DNA from: an uncultured Pseudomonadota bacterium
GTDB taxonomy: Bacteria; Pseudomonadota; Alphaproteobacteria; RF32; CAG-239
NCBI GenBank assembly: GCA_949295935.1
Contig: CASFMW010000004.1
Location: forward strand, 1 to 48,442
Length of the DNA: 48,442 nucleotides
Direction of reading: 5' to 3'
The translations under genes and the position numbers were made by a program. Below, piece after piece: positions 39,548-48,442 of this stretch. Position 1 is the first letter of the stretch; each line of letters starts with the position of its first letter. The notes under the pieces were generated by a model. The model saw only the letters and a list, made by a program, of their open reading frames with translations, was not told the origin of the DNA and did no database searches.

Positions 39548-40876
39548 TTATGCTTTTATGCCTTTGAGTCTTTTTTGAGCCTTATTCCAACCGATTAGCG
39601 GCAGTAAGACTTTAAGCTCCGGACCGTCTTCCATGCCGGTTAAGGCTAATCTGACCGGATGATAAAGTTCTTTACCATTTTTTCCGCTCGCTTCTTTTAA
39701 GGCCTTAATCCAAGAGCCAAAGGTCTCTTCATTCCATGGTTCCGGCGGTAAAAGCTCTGCCCCTTTATTGGTCAGCTCCGAATCCTCAATTTTAGGAGAT
39801 AACTCATCCTGACAAATTGACTTCCAAAGTTTGACATCATCAGCGATTTTTATATTTCCTTTGATTGCATTCCAGAAGCTTTCACTTATGTCATAGCGCG
39901 ATTTTACTTCTGCATAAGGCAGATTGTGAACTAATCTGGTGTTAAAATGCTTTAACTCTGCTTCATCAAATTTTGGTTGTGAACGCCCAATCTTTGAAAA
40001 ATCAAGGCTTTGTGCCAATTCATCAAGGCTATAATAAGGTTCAATGGCTTCTGAGGTGCCCAGTTTTGCCAAAAATGAGCAGATTGCCATTGCCTCAACA
40101 CCCTCGGCGCGTAATTCTCTTACACCCAAGCTGCCCAAACGTTTAGATAATTTTCCTTCTTTTCCGGTCAGTAATGGTAAATGTGCAAAGCTTGGAACTT
40201 TTCCACCGATAGCCTCAAACATTTGTATCTGCGCGGCGGTATTAGTTACATGGTCTTCACCACGAACAATATGTGTAATACCAAAGTCAACATCATCAAT
40301 TACCGACGGCAAGTGGTATAAAAAACTGCCGTCTTCTCTGATGATAACCGGATCACTCAGATTTTTTTCACTATAGCGGCACTCTCCACGAACTAAGTCG
40401 TTCCAAAAGATTTCACCGTCTTCTAATTTAAAACGATAGTGCGGGCGGCGGCCTTGTTTTTCATATTCTTCTTTTTGTGCTTGTGTCAGCTTTAATCCTG
40501 AGCGATCATAAATCGGCGGTAAGCCTTTGTTTAAAAGTCTTTTTCTCATAAACTCAAGCTCTTCCGGAGTTTCATAGCATGCATATATGCGGCCTTCTTG
40601 CTTTAGCTTTTGCGCTACTTCTTTATATCTTTCGGTTCTGGCTGATTGTCTGGCCTCTTCACTCCAATCAAGTTTTAGCCAAACCAAAGCCTCTCTTATG
40701 GCATCTTCATATTCTTTTTTAGAGCGCAAAATATCCGTATCATCAATTCTCAGCATAAATTTGCCACCAAGCTTTTTAGCCAACAGCCAGTTAAACAATG
40801 CTGTTCTGGTGTTTCCGATATGCATAAATCCGGTCGGACTCGGAGCAAATCTTACTTTTATCTGTTCATTACTCAT
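39548..40876 (-). CDS. gltX: Glutamate--tRNA ligase (short alphaproteobacterial paralog type)
   Basis: RFAPSPTGFMHIGN, RIDDTD, RGEDH, KLSKR; YACYET where the Zn cluster would be. Confidence 0.95.
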   Translation of the reverse strand: MSNEQIKVRFAPSPTGFMHIGNTRTALFNWLLAKKLGGKFMLRIDDTDILRSKKEYEDAIREALVWLKLDWSEEARQSARTERYKEVAQKLKQEGRIYACYETPEELEFMRKRLLNKGLPPIYDRSGLKLTQAQKEEYEKQGRRPHYRFKLEDGEIFWNDLVRGECRYSEKNLSDPVIIREDGSFLYHLPSVIDDVDFGITHIVRGEDHVTNTAAQIQMFEAIGGKVPSFAHLPLLTGKEGKLSKRLGSLGVRELRAEGVEAMAICSFLAKLGTSEAIEPYYSLDELAQSLDFSKIGRSQPKFDEAELKHFNTRLVHNLPYAEVKSRYDISESFWNAIKGNIKIADDVKLWKSICQDELSPKIEDSELTNKGAELLPPEPWNEETFGSWIKALKEASGKNGKELYHPVRLALTGMEDGPELKVLLPLIGWNKAQKRLKGIKA

Positions 40877-40949
40877 TTTAAAGCCTTTGTTATTTATTTT
40901 TAATCTGTCGCGATAATAGCTTTACTCTATCATAATTTCAAGGTTTTTA

Positions 40950-41627
40950 TTACATATAATTACCAGCATCTTGATATAATTTGAGTTTTTGTTCGTTTTT
41001 AGCCTCCATTGAGCGAACCAAAACTTCAAAATCTTCTAAAAACCATGTAATTTCCTCGTCATCTTCCATCATCATTTGATAAAATTTATTGCGATAAGAA
41101 ATACTCAAGCTGCTTTCTGCTATTTTTATATCTGTCAACAAAAGCGCACTTCCCTCACGCCTGATATTAAACTCTACGAGTATATCTTGAAGAGCATCTT
41201 CCTGAGACACATTTTTCTGATGAATTTGAGCATATACGCTGATACGGCCATTTTCGTCACGAACATTTGTGATATTAAAGCTAATGCTATTACCAAAATC
41301 CAGCGGGTAAGTTTTATATAACGCCAAGGCATAGCGATGAAACAAAGCCTGAAATGTCTGCTGCTCAGAAGTTGTCATTCTGCGCCAATATTTGCCCATA
41401 ACAAAGCGGGCTATATAATCCGAATCGACATATTGTCCATACAAATCATCCAGCATTTTATATTTCTTAGGCAAGTCATTTTCTTTTAATGCACCCAAGA
41501 GCTCATCGCCTCTGGACTGGGCCCAATTTTTTATCTCTTGCTCCTGAGGAGACATTGCTGCAACTGAAAAGCTCCATAAAATTGAAAAACAATATATGAT
41601 AAGTTGCAAAAAAGTCTTACTTTTCAT
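40950..41627 (-). CDS. mlaC: MlaC/Ttg2D phospholipid-binding protein
   Basis: Signal peptide; IARFVMGKYWR, QQTFQALF, DIKIAESSL...YRNKF; start probably MKSKTF after AAGGT. Confidence 0.75.
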   Translation of the reverse strand: MKSKTFLQLIIYCFSILWSFSVAAMSPQEQEIKNWAQSRGDELLGALKENDLPKKYKMLDDLYGQYVDSDYIARFVMGKYWRRMTTSEQQTFQALFHRYALALYKTYPLDFGNSISFNITNVRDENGRISVYAQIHQKNVSQEDALQDILVEFNIRREGSALLLTDIKIAESSLSISYRNKFYQMMMEDDEEITWFLEDFEVLVRSMEAKNEQKLKLYQDAGNYM

Positions 41628-41688
41628 AAAAAATACCTTATTATGTTTCTTAGCTTGTTCAATTATAGTCATGAATTGGTTAAAAAAA

Positions 41689-42726
41689 ATGAAATTTAAG
41701 CATTTATTCGCTCTCTATTCTCTGTTTTTTATTGCTACACAGTCTAATGCAAACGCGGCCGATGCAGGTTTGCGCTTTATTAACAGTCGTGGAGAAATTC
41801 GCTGCGGAACAGATTTATCGGCTCCGGCTTATGCCGCAAAAACCGAAGACGGAAAATGGAAAGGATTTGATGCTGATATTTGCCGCGCAATGTCTTATGC
41901 CGTTTTTGGGCGCGGCGACAGGTTTTCTATGGTTGATGTTAAAGCTGATAATGTTTCTAAAGCGCTTAAATCAGGAAAAATTGACTTTATGCTCGGCGGA
42001 TTAGCCAATTCTGCAAAAGCAGACTCGACTTCAAGTTATTCTCCGGCTGTTTTGCTTTATTATGATCAGCAGGCTTTTCTTGCACGCAATGCACAAAAAA
42101 CAAAATCTATGGAAGACTTCAAAAATGCAACAGTCTGTGTTGTTTCTGATTCTCCGGAACTCAATAATCTTGAAGAATACAATAATAAATACGGCCTCAA
42201 CCTCAAGCCACTCACCTTTTCTTCAAAAAACGCGGCTCTCCAATCATTCTTGCTCAATCGTTGTCGACTGCTTACCGGAAACAGAATTTTTCTTTCCGGT
42301 GTAAAAGAAACTCATTTTGGAGACTATGATGATGAAGAAAGCGGAATCAAGCTTCTTCCTGAGCCGGTTGCTCTCGTCCCTGTTTATTTATATGCTTCAA
42401 ATGAAAATCTTAAGCTTCAAATGATTGCTCGCTGGGTAGTTAATGCCTTGCAGCTTTCTGACGTTTATGGAGTTAATTACCATAATGCCGCGGTAAAAGT
42501 CGGTCTCAGAAACACGTCTCAAAGAAACCTTTTTGGTGAAGATCCTAAACTCTGGCTTTCTTTCGGGCTGACACCAGACTGGGTAAAAAAAGCTCTTGCC
42601 GATGTTGGAAACTATAGTGAAATTTATGACAGAAGTTTTGGTCGTTTCAGCCCATTAAAGCTTGAGCGGGCGGAAAATAATTATCTTAAAGACGGTGGCT
42701 TAATTAATCCGGCGCCATTCCTGTAA
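41689..42726 (+). CDS. AapJ/BztA-like amino-acid ABC substrate-binding protein (divergent, orphan)
   Basis: RGEIRCG, GKWKGFDADICRA, YYDQQAFL, VGNYSEIYDR, GGLINPAPF; start probably MKFKHLF. Confidence 0.85.
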   Translation: MKFKHLFALYSLFFIATQSNANAADAGLRFINSRGEIRCGTDLSAPAYAAKTEDGKWKGFDADICRAMSYAVFGRGDRFSMVDVKADNVSKALKSGKIDFMLGGLANSAKADSTSSYSPAVLLYYDQQAFLARNAQKTKSMEDFKNATVCVVSDSPELNNLEEYNNKYGLNLKPLTFSSKNAALQSFLLNRCRLLTGNRIFLSGVKETHFGDYDDEESGIKLLPEPVALVPVYLYASNENLKLQMIARWVVNALQLSDVYGVNYHNAAVKVGLRNTSQRNLFGEDPKLWLSFGLTPDWVKKALADVGNYSEIYDRSFGRFSPLKLERAENNYLKDGGLINPAPFL

Positions 42727-42731
42727 CAGGC

Positions 42732-43418
42732 TTATTTTTCAATAAATTTTAGCGCAGCGGCAAGTCCGTCTTCGGTTATGCGGTGCTGTCCGCCTTTGAC
42801 AACATAAGTTTTTACCGGAACATTCAGAGCTTTAAGCTTTTCTTTGGTAAAGTTCATCGCCTCAAAGCGAACAAGGTTATCTGCGTCACCATGAATTAGC
42901 AAGGTTTTAGGGTGGCTTTTGATATGTTTTTCAATATATTTACTAGCTGCTAAAATTCCGGAAAAGCTAACACATCCGCCGATTTTTTCTTCCATCATCA
43001 AAGATGTATGCAAAGCCAGCATTGCACCTTGAGAAAATCCACAAATATACAAATCTTTTGCTTCAAGCTGATATTCGTTCAATAAATTTTCTATATAGGG
43101 CAATAAGTAAGCATTTGCCCCTGCAAACCCCGGCCGCATTTTATTGTATAAAGCAGAGCACTCTTCCATAGTCGGAACGGTTTTACGGTCATCATTTGGG
43201 TCAAAACGATGCATTGAATACCACTGGCGCTTTCTCTCATGAAGTTCACAAACCAGGGGTGCTTGGGGAATGTGCAAAGCGCAATCTTTGAGTTTTGAGG
43301 TAAAACTTCCGATAACTCTTTCCAGCCCTGTATCACTATCGATATAACCATGCAAAAAGACTATAAGCTTTTTCGGAACTCCTTGAATATGCGCTATTTC
43401 TTCCGTTATTTCGAGCAT
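42732..43418 (-). CDS. Phospholipase/carboxylesterase
   Basis: VFLHGY, RQWY, GFSQG, HGDADNLV, GQHRI; start MLEIT after GAAGGGG. Confidence 0.9.
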   Translation of the reverse strand: MLEITEEIAHIQGVPKKLIVFLHGYIDSDTGLERVIGSFTSKLKDCALHIPQAPLVCELHERKRQWYSMHRFDPNDDRKTVPTMEECSALYNKMRPGFAGANAYLLPYIENLLNEYQLEAKDLYICGFSQGAMLALHTSLMMEEKIGGCVSFSGILAASKYIEKHIKSHPKTLLIHGDADNLVRFEAMNFTKEKLKALNVPVKTYVVKGGQHRITEDGLAAALKFIEK

Positions 43419-43601
43419 TTTTACCCCTTCCACGCGTGCGATATTACAAAAAAAATGTTAATTAATTCTAAATATTTTTTCCTTTTGCCATTGCTATTTT
43501 AAATTGATATATTATTTTTTATATGCTATTAATTTGTAAACAACTACTTATCTTTGAAAAGCCATTTTTAATACAACCATAATATTTTTTGGAATAAAAT
43601 T

Positions 43602-44213
43602 ATGCAATATGAAAAAATTTGGGACGCCATTGATAAACTTGCAAAACAAAACGGACTTTCGTTATCCGGTCTGGCTAAAAAATCCGGTCTTGACTCCACA
43701 ACTTTTAATAAAAGCAAACGATTGCGTGATGATGGCAAAAAAAGATGGCCATCTTTGGAAAGCTTGAACAAAATTCTTTCAACTTGCCACATGGATTTTG
43801 CTGATTTTTACTTTTTGGCAGAAAACAAGCCCATTCGACAACCAAGCACTCTGCCCTATGTTTATCTTTCTGCACTGGGACAGTCTGATTGCAATGCTTT
43901 TGGTACTTCGGTTTGGGGAAAGATTGATTCTCCGTCTTTTTCTGAGAATACCTATGTGGTTAACCTTGACTCGCGCAGTTATGAACCGCTGTATAATTTT
44001 GGAACGACTTTGGTCTTGGAAAAGCGCTCGGAAATTCGGCAAAAAGACAGAATTTTGATTTTGTTAAAATCAGGAGAAGTCATGATTAAAGAGTTTTTGT
44101 ACCGGACAGATAATGTTATTACTGTTTGTTCTCTGACCAAACATTCTAACATTTCTGAAATCAATATCAGTGATATTAAGTTACTAAACCGTATTATTTG
44201 GGCCAGTCAATAA
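43602..44213 (+). CDS. HTH + S24-peptidase-like transcriptional regulator (conserved alphaproteobacterial family)
   Basis: IWDAIDKLAKQNGLSLSGLAKKSGLDSTTFNKSKR...RWPSLES; SYEPLY; GEVMIKE. Confidence 0.85.
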   Translation: MQYEKIWDAIDKLAKQNGLSLSGLAKKSGLDSTTFNKSKRLRDDGKKRWPSLESLNKILSTCHMDFADFYFLAENKPIRQPSTLPYVYLSALGQSDCNAFGTSVWGKIDSPSFSENTYVVNLDSRSYEPLYNFGTTLVLEKRSEIRQKDRILILLKSGEVMIKEFLYRTDNVITVCSLTKHSNISEINISDIKLLNRIIWASQ

Positions 44214-44224
44214 TTTGTTTTCAC

Positions 44225-44259
44225 AAAAAAGCAGCCTCATTCTGAAGCTGCTTTTTTTT
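44225..44259. terminator. Bidirectional intrinsic terminator between convergent genes
   Basis: A6-GCAGC...GCTGC-T8. Confidence 0.8.
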
Positions 44260-44275
44260 ATTACTTTGGCAGATG

Positions 44276-47095
44276 TTATTCTGCGGAATCAACCTCCGGT
44301 TCATTGACTTCTTCAACGGCGACGTCATCAATATCGGCAACGCTTTCACCCAAAGGTTCGGTTCCGGTCTCGTCCTCAAGCTCTTCATCATCGCCCTCAT
44401 CGGCTTCAAGCTTGGTGACAGATACAACCTTCTCGTTGTCAACCATGCGGAACAAAATAACACCTTGGGTTTTTCTTCCGGCGATGCGGATGCCGTCTAC
44501 GGCCATTCTAATCAGTTTGCCGCCGTCGGTTACCATCATTATCTGTTGGTTGTCTTCAATCGGGAATGAGCTTGCAACTTCTTTGTTGCGGGCAGACATT
44601 TCCATATTGGCGATACCTTGTCCGCCGCGACCGGTAATGCGGTATTCGTAAGAAGAGGTTCTCTTGCCATAACCGGTGGTGGTTACGGTTAAGATAAACT
44701 GTTCTTTTTCCTTCATTTCTTCATATTTTTCGGCGGTCAAGTCTTTGAGTTCAATGCCAGTTTCTTCCAGCTTGATTTCACTGTCATCACCACGCTCAGA
44801 CTGCAAGCGCTTGATTGCAGAAGAGATTCTTGAATATTCGTCTCTTTCTTCCATTGTTGCTTGAACATGGTCTAAGATTGACATTGAAATAACACTATCG
44901 CCTTCGCTCAGCTTAATGCCGCGAACGCCTGTTGAATTTCTGCCGACAAACATTCTGACCTCAGGTACCGGGAAGCGAATGCATTTACCGCTCTTGGTAG
45001 CAAGCATAACATCTTCATCTTCCGTACAAATACGAACATTTACCAGTTTGTCGCCTTCATCAAGTTTCATCGCAATCTTACCATTGGACTGAACGTTTAC
45101 AAAGTCCATCAGAGAATTGCGGCGGACATTACCTTGAGCCGTGGCAAACATAATTGACATATTCTCGCAATCAGCCTCATTCTCAGGCAGCTTCATAATT
45201 GTCGTAATGTTTTCGCCATCACTCAACGGCAGTAAATTAATGAACGGCTTACCTTTTGAAGTAGGAGAACCAAGCGGCAGTTTATAAACCTTCATTTTAT
45301 AAACTTGGCCTTTTGAAGAGAAGAACAAAACCGGCGTGTGGGTTGAAGCCACAAACAATCTGGTTACAAAATCTTCCTCCTTCGTGGTCATGCCGGATTT
45401 TCCTTTACCGCCGCGACGCTGTGCCTTATAAGCATTAAGCGGAACACGTTTGATATAGCCGGCTTCGGTTACAGTTACGACCATTTCTTCACGCTGAATC
45501 AAAGCCTCAATATCGGTATCATATTCGATATCTTCAATCTTGGTGCGGCGCGGGGTAGCGTATTCATCCTTAATGGCGACAAATTCATCACGGATGATGC
45601 TGAAGAGCTTTTCGCGTGAGGCCAAAATTTCAAGGCATCTCTTAATTTCTTCGCCTAAGTCTCTCAATTCGCCATGAATTTTGTCTCTTTCCAAGCCGGT
45701 CAAGCGTTGAAGTTTCAAGTCCAAAATGGCTCTGGCTTGATCTTCTGACAGATGATAATAGCCGTTTTCAACTTTTCTATCCGGTTCATCAATCAGCTGA
45801 ACCAGGGCTTCAACTTCTCCGGCAGGCCAAGCTCTTGAAATCAAAGCATCTTTGGCATCTTGCGGCGTGGGTGCAGAACGAATCAACTCAATTACAGGAT
45901 CAAGGTTTTCAACCGCAATTGCTAAACCAACCAAGACATGAGCTCTGTCGCGGGCTTTGTTTAGTTCAAATATCGTCCGACGACGAACAACTTCCTCACG
46001 GAAATTAACGAACGCCGAGATAATGTCCTTTAAGTTCATCATCATCGGGCGGCCGGCGTTAATGGCCAGCATATTCATACCAAAGCTGGTTTGCAGCGGT
46101 GTGAATTTATAAAGCTGATTCAAAATAACATTTGCCTGAAAATCACGCTTTATTTCAATAACGACACGGACACCTTGGCGGTCTGATTCATCTCGAATTT
46201 CAGAAATGCCTTCGATTTTTTTGTCTTTGACCAACTCGGCAATGCGGGCAATCATTGCGGCTTTATTGACCTGATAAGGAATTTCGTGGACAATAATTGC
46301 TTCTTTATCCTTATGCAGCTCCTCAATCGTGCATTTTGCACGCATCATAACCGAGCCACGTCCGGTGTAATAAGCTGACTTGGCGCCGCCCTGCCCCAAA
46401 ATTAAACCTCCGGTCGGGAAGTCCGGCCCTGGAACAATGTTAATCAGGTCATCAATCGTGATGTCCGGATTATCAATATAAGCACAGCAAGCGTCCAAAA
46501 CCTCGCCCAAGTTATGCGGCGGGATGTTGGTTGCCATACCGACAGCAATACCATTGGCGCCGTTTACCAAAAGGTTTGGATAACGGGCTGGCAAGACTGA
46601 TGGTTCTTGCAAGGTTTCATCATAGTTTGGAACAAAATCAACCGTGTCTTTATCAATATCTTCAATCATCGCATGGGCGACTTTTTCCAAGCGAGCCTCG
46701 GTATAACGCATGGCTGCAGCGCTGTCACCGTCCATAGAGCCGAAGTTTCCTTGCCCGTCGACCAAAGGTAATCTCATTGAAAACGGTTGTGCCATACGAA
46801 CCATGGAATCATAAATTGCGGCATCGCCGTGGGGGTGATATTTACCCATTACATCACCCACGATACGGGCTGATTTACGATAAGGTTTGTTGTAATCATA
46901 ACCGGCTTCATACATGCCGTAGATAATGCGGCGGTGAACCGGCTTTAATCCGTCTCGGACATCCGGCAAGGCACGCGCAACAATAACGCTCATGGCATAA
47001 TCCAAGTATGAACGGCGCATTTCTTCCGAAATTTCAACCGGCATAATTCCTTCCGCATTGCTTGGAGCGGACAGGTTTTCTGTTTCTTCTGTCAT
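44276..47095 (-). CDS. gyrA: DNA gyrase subunit A
   Basis: [24 protein letters not shown], GyrA box QRRGGKG, acidic tail. Confidence 0.98.
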   Translation of the reverse strand: MTEETENLSAPSNAEGIMPVEISEEMRRSYLDYAMSVIVARALPDVRDGLKPVHRRIIYGMYEAGYDYNKPYRKSARIVGDVMGKYHPHGDAAIYDSMVRMAQPFSMRLPLVDGQGNFGSMDGDSAAAMRYTEARLEKVAHAMIEDIDKDTVDFVPNYDETLQEPSVLPARYPNLLVNGANGIAVGMATNIPPHNLGEVLDACCAYIDNPDITIDDLINIVPGPDFPTGGLILGQGGAKSAYYTGRGSVMMRAKCTIEELHKDKEAIIVHEIPYQVNKAAMIARIAELVKDKKIEGISEIRDESDRQGVRVVIEIKRDFQANVILNQLYKFTPLQTSFGMNMLAINAGRPMMMNLKDIISAFVNFREEVVRRRTIFELNKARDRAHVLVGLAIAVENLDPVIELIRSAPTPQDAKDALISRAWPAGEVEALVQLIDEPDRKVENGYYHLSEDQARAILDLKLQRLTGLERDKIHGELRDLGEEIKRCLEILASREKLFSIIRDEFVAIKDEYATPRRTKIEDIEYDTDIEALIQREEMVVTVTEAGYIKRVPLNAYKAQRRGGKGKSGMTTKEEDFVTRLFVASTHTPVLFFSSKGQVYKMKVYKLPLGSPTSKGKPFINLLPLSDGENITTIMKLPENEADCENMSIMFATAQGNVRRNSLMDFVNVQSNGKIAMKLDEGDKLVNVRICTEDEDVMLATKSGKCIRFPVPEVRMFVGRNSTGVRGIKLSEGDSVISMSILDHVQATMEERDEYSRISSAIKRLQSERGDDSEIKLEETGIELKDLTAEKYEEMKEKEQFILTVTTTGYGKRTSSYEYRITGRGGQGIANMEMSARNKEVASSFPIEDNQQIMMVTDGGKLIRMAVDGIRIAGRKTQGVILFRMVDNEKVVSVTKLEADEGDDEELEDETGTEPLGESVADIDDVAVEEVNEPEVDSAE

Positions 47096-47307
47096 GGTTT
47101 TCCTTTTCTTTTACTTTAATTCTGACGCTAATATAGCAAAAATCACTTTGCTTAACCAGCACTTTTACCAACTTATGAACAGCAGTTTGCTCTCTGTGGG
47201 CAAAAAAAGTGCCTTATTTTTGATTTTTAAAATTTTACTCCTGACAAAAGTTAATAAAGAATCTCTCTGTGAGCCTTAAAACGCGATTTAGAGCCTTATG
47301 TTTTTTC

Positions 47308-47336
47308 TTGCCATTTTTATCTTACCGTGTTAGATT
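47308..47336 (+). promoter_or_regulatory. Candidate sigma70 promoter (extended -10)
   Basis: TTGCCA-17-TAGATT with TG one base upstream of the -10. Confidence 0.5.
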
Positions 47337-47392
47337 GCCCTTAATTTACTTATTATTAATTCTCAATTTTTATGCTTATGGACAATAATTTT

Positions 47393-48317
47393 ATGACACA
47401 ACGCAAGTTTGTGATTAAAAAAATCAAAAAAGTTGACGATGGTTGGAATTTGTATCCCGTTGATGATCCGCGTTTGCCGATTTTTATCAGCAACAAGTAT
47501 TATTCCGGTAAGATGCCGCCTTTTTTTCGGTGGCCGTGGGAAAAAAATTCAGGTAGAAGTTCTCTTTTGGGGGGATTTTATCTCCTTGTTGAAAATGAAT
47601 GATAAGCTCGTCTTTAATGTCGGGGAAAAAGATTATCCTGATGAATTAAAGAAGCTTCTTGAGCAGGTGCGACTTGAACAAGAAGAGAGAAAGAAAAAAA
47701 ATGAAGCGACCATTGCCCAAATAAAAGTCTCTTTTGACGATTATCTTGTTGATTTTCCTATAAATCAAAATCTTGAAGATGATATTCAAAAAATGCACCT
47801 TTGTTTGCGGGCTTTCTTAAAGTTTCATTTTTACAAAAAGTACAGTCACAAAATTGATGCCCAAGATTATCTCAGGCGTCTTTCTTTATTGACTATTCTT
47901 TCTTCCTGTGCCGAAAAACTTTTGAGGCGACGCTATCCTCTTAATGGAAAAGATGCTGCGCTTATTAATCCTTTTTCTTGTTTTCCATTCCATCTTTCTG
48001 ATCCGGAGTTAATTGAGAAAGAGGCTCATAACTTGATGTATCCGACTACATTTCGCGAGTTTTTGGAAGTTGAGGAAATGCTTTCTACTTCCCTTCCCGA
48101 AATTAAAGATAAGCGTTTGAAGCATTATCTGAACTATGTGGTTTGTTGTTTGACTTTTTATCTTGCCAAAGATTATAACACGTTATGCCGAGGCAACAGA
48201 GCTTCGTATAAATCTCTTTATAAAGAGATGGCACTGTTCAAACAAAGCTCTCTTATTTTTTGGGAAGAGCCATCGGAAGATGACTTGGAGGACTTTATGT
48301 CAATTTACACCTTGTAA
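47393..48317 (+). pseudogene. Hypothetical gene split by a one-base frameshift in a T7/A7 tract region
   Basis: The frame of 47372..47602 looks protein-like up to ...PPFFRWPWEK; the +1 frame looks protein-like from KIQVEVLFWG; T7 at 47521-47527 and A7 at 47541-47547. Confidence 0.6.
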
Positions 48318-48358
48318 CAAAAAAGCACACTCTTTAAAGTGTGCTTTTTTTGTAACAA
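48312..48358. terminator. Bidirectional intrinsic terminator
   Basis: A6-GCACACT-CTTTAA-AGTGTGC-T7, flanked on both sides by TTGTAACAA. Confidence 0.8.
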
Positions 48359-48442
48359 GAAAACTACCGGCTAGGCCGGTAGTTCCAAAGAGCTTACAGC
48401 TTTACAGATAAAAAACTCCTTTGCTAGAATAAAGTGACGGTC
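48355..48442 (+). mobile_element. Probable left end of an IS200/IS605-family element (truncated by the window edge)
   Basis: Hairpin AACTACCGGC-TAG-GCCGGTAGTT (48362-48384), then AAAAACTCCTTTGCTAGAAT, an anti-SD arm of the kind that sequesters the tnpA RBS in IS200 leaders; exact boundary uncertain. Confidence 0.65.

Noticed and set aside
41596-41672. Head-to-head coding overlap of mlaC and the AapJ-like gene in the ORF track
   Set aside because: An artefact of longest-ORF calling; the downstream starts (41627 and 41689) give proper signal peptides and remove the overlap.
43602-44213. Prophage repressor marking a prophage
   Set aside because: The neighbours are housekeeping genes, and no integrase, cro or structural genes are present; the N-terminus matches a chromosomal alphaproteobacterial family.
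20923-46951. Identical 24-mer GCGGCGGTGAACCGGCTTTAATCC in parC (about 20923-20946) and gyrA (about 46928-46951)
   Set aside because: It encodes the invariant GLKPVHRR motif of paralogous topoisomerase subunits; protein constraint plus codon bias explains it without gene conversion.
47096-47371. tRNA, sRNA or CRISPR array in the longest intergenic region
   Set aside because: No cloverleaf, T-loop motif, regularly spaced repeats or convincing stem was seen; it is consistent with divergent promoters.
48312-48358. TTGTAACAA direct repeat as a target-site duplication
   Set aside because: The 9-mer is nearly self-complementary and simply extends the terminator stem; IS200/IS605 elements do not duplicate their targets.

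Overview
AT-rich chromosomal segment of an alphaproteobacterium. The gene set and order (tpiA-secG-pyrG..kdsA, mrcA-prfB, dusB-trkA-hfq-hflX, recO-parC, mlaD-mlaD-DUF2155) resemble a reduced, probably host-associated Rhodospirillales/RF32-like lineage; this taxonomy is inference. Most genes are housekeeping or envelope genes: gyrA, parC, recO, prfB, gltX, clpP/clpX, ppiD, pyrG, kdsA, PBP1A, AsmA/YhdP-like, Mla components and a Gld-like ABC system. Both edges carry matching hairpins that look like the right end (start) and left end (end) of IS200/IS605 elements. Main oddities: (1) the prfB +1 frameshift site reads GGAGG-N3-GUU-UGA-C instead of CUU-UGA-C; (2) a lipid A acyltransferase PagP inserted between pyrG and kdsA has Ala at the Gly88 ruler position; (3) a sensor-less, receiver-less histidine kinase closes the GldAFG-DUF4340 operon; (4) Hfq lacks its rim arginines and F42, and ntrBC/ntrYX are missing between dusB and trkA; (5) a 1319-aa TipN/GPR/RgsE-like polar scaffold; (6) non-canonical QRDR residues in GyrA and ParC; (7) a GT2 gene broken by one TAA and an ORFan broken by a homopolymer frameshift. 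No rRNA, tRNA or CRISPR array was seen. All family calls come from motif recognition by eye; no searches were run.
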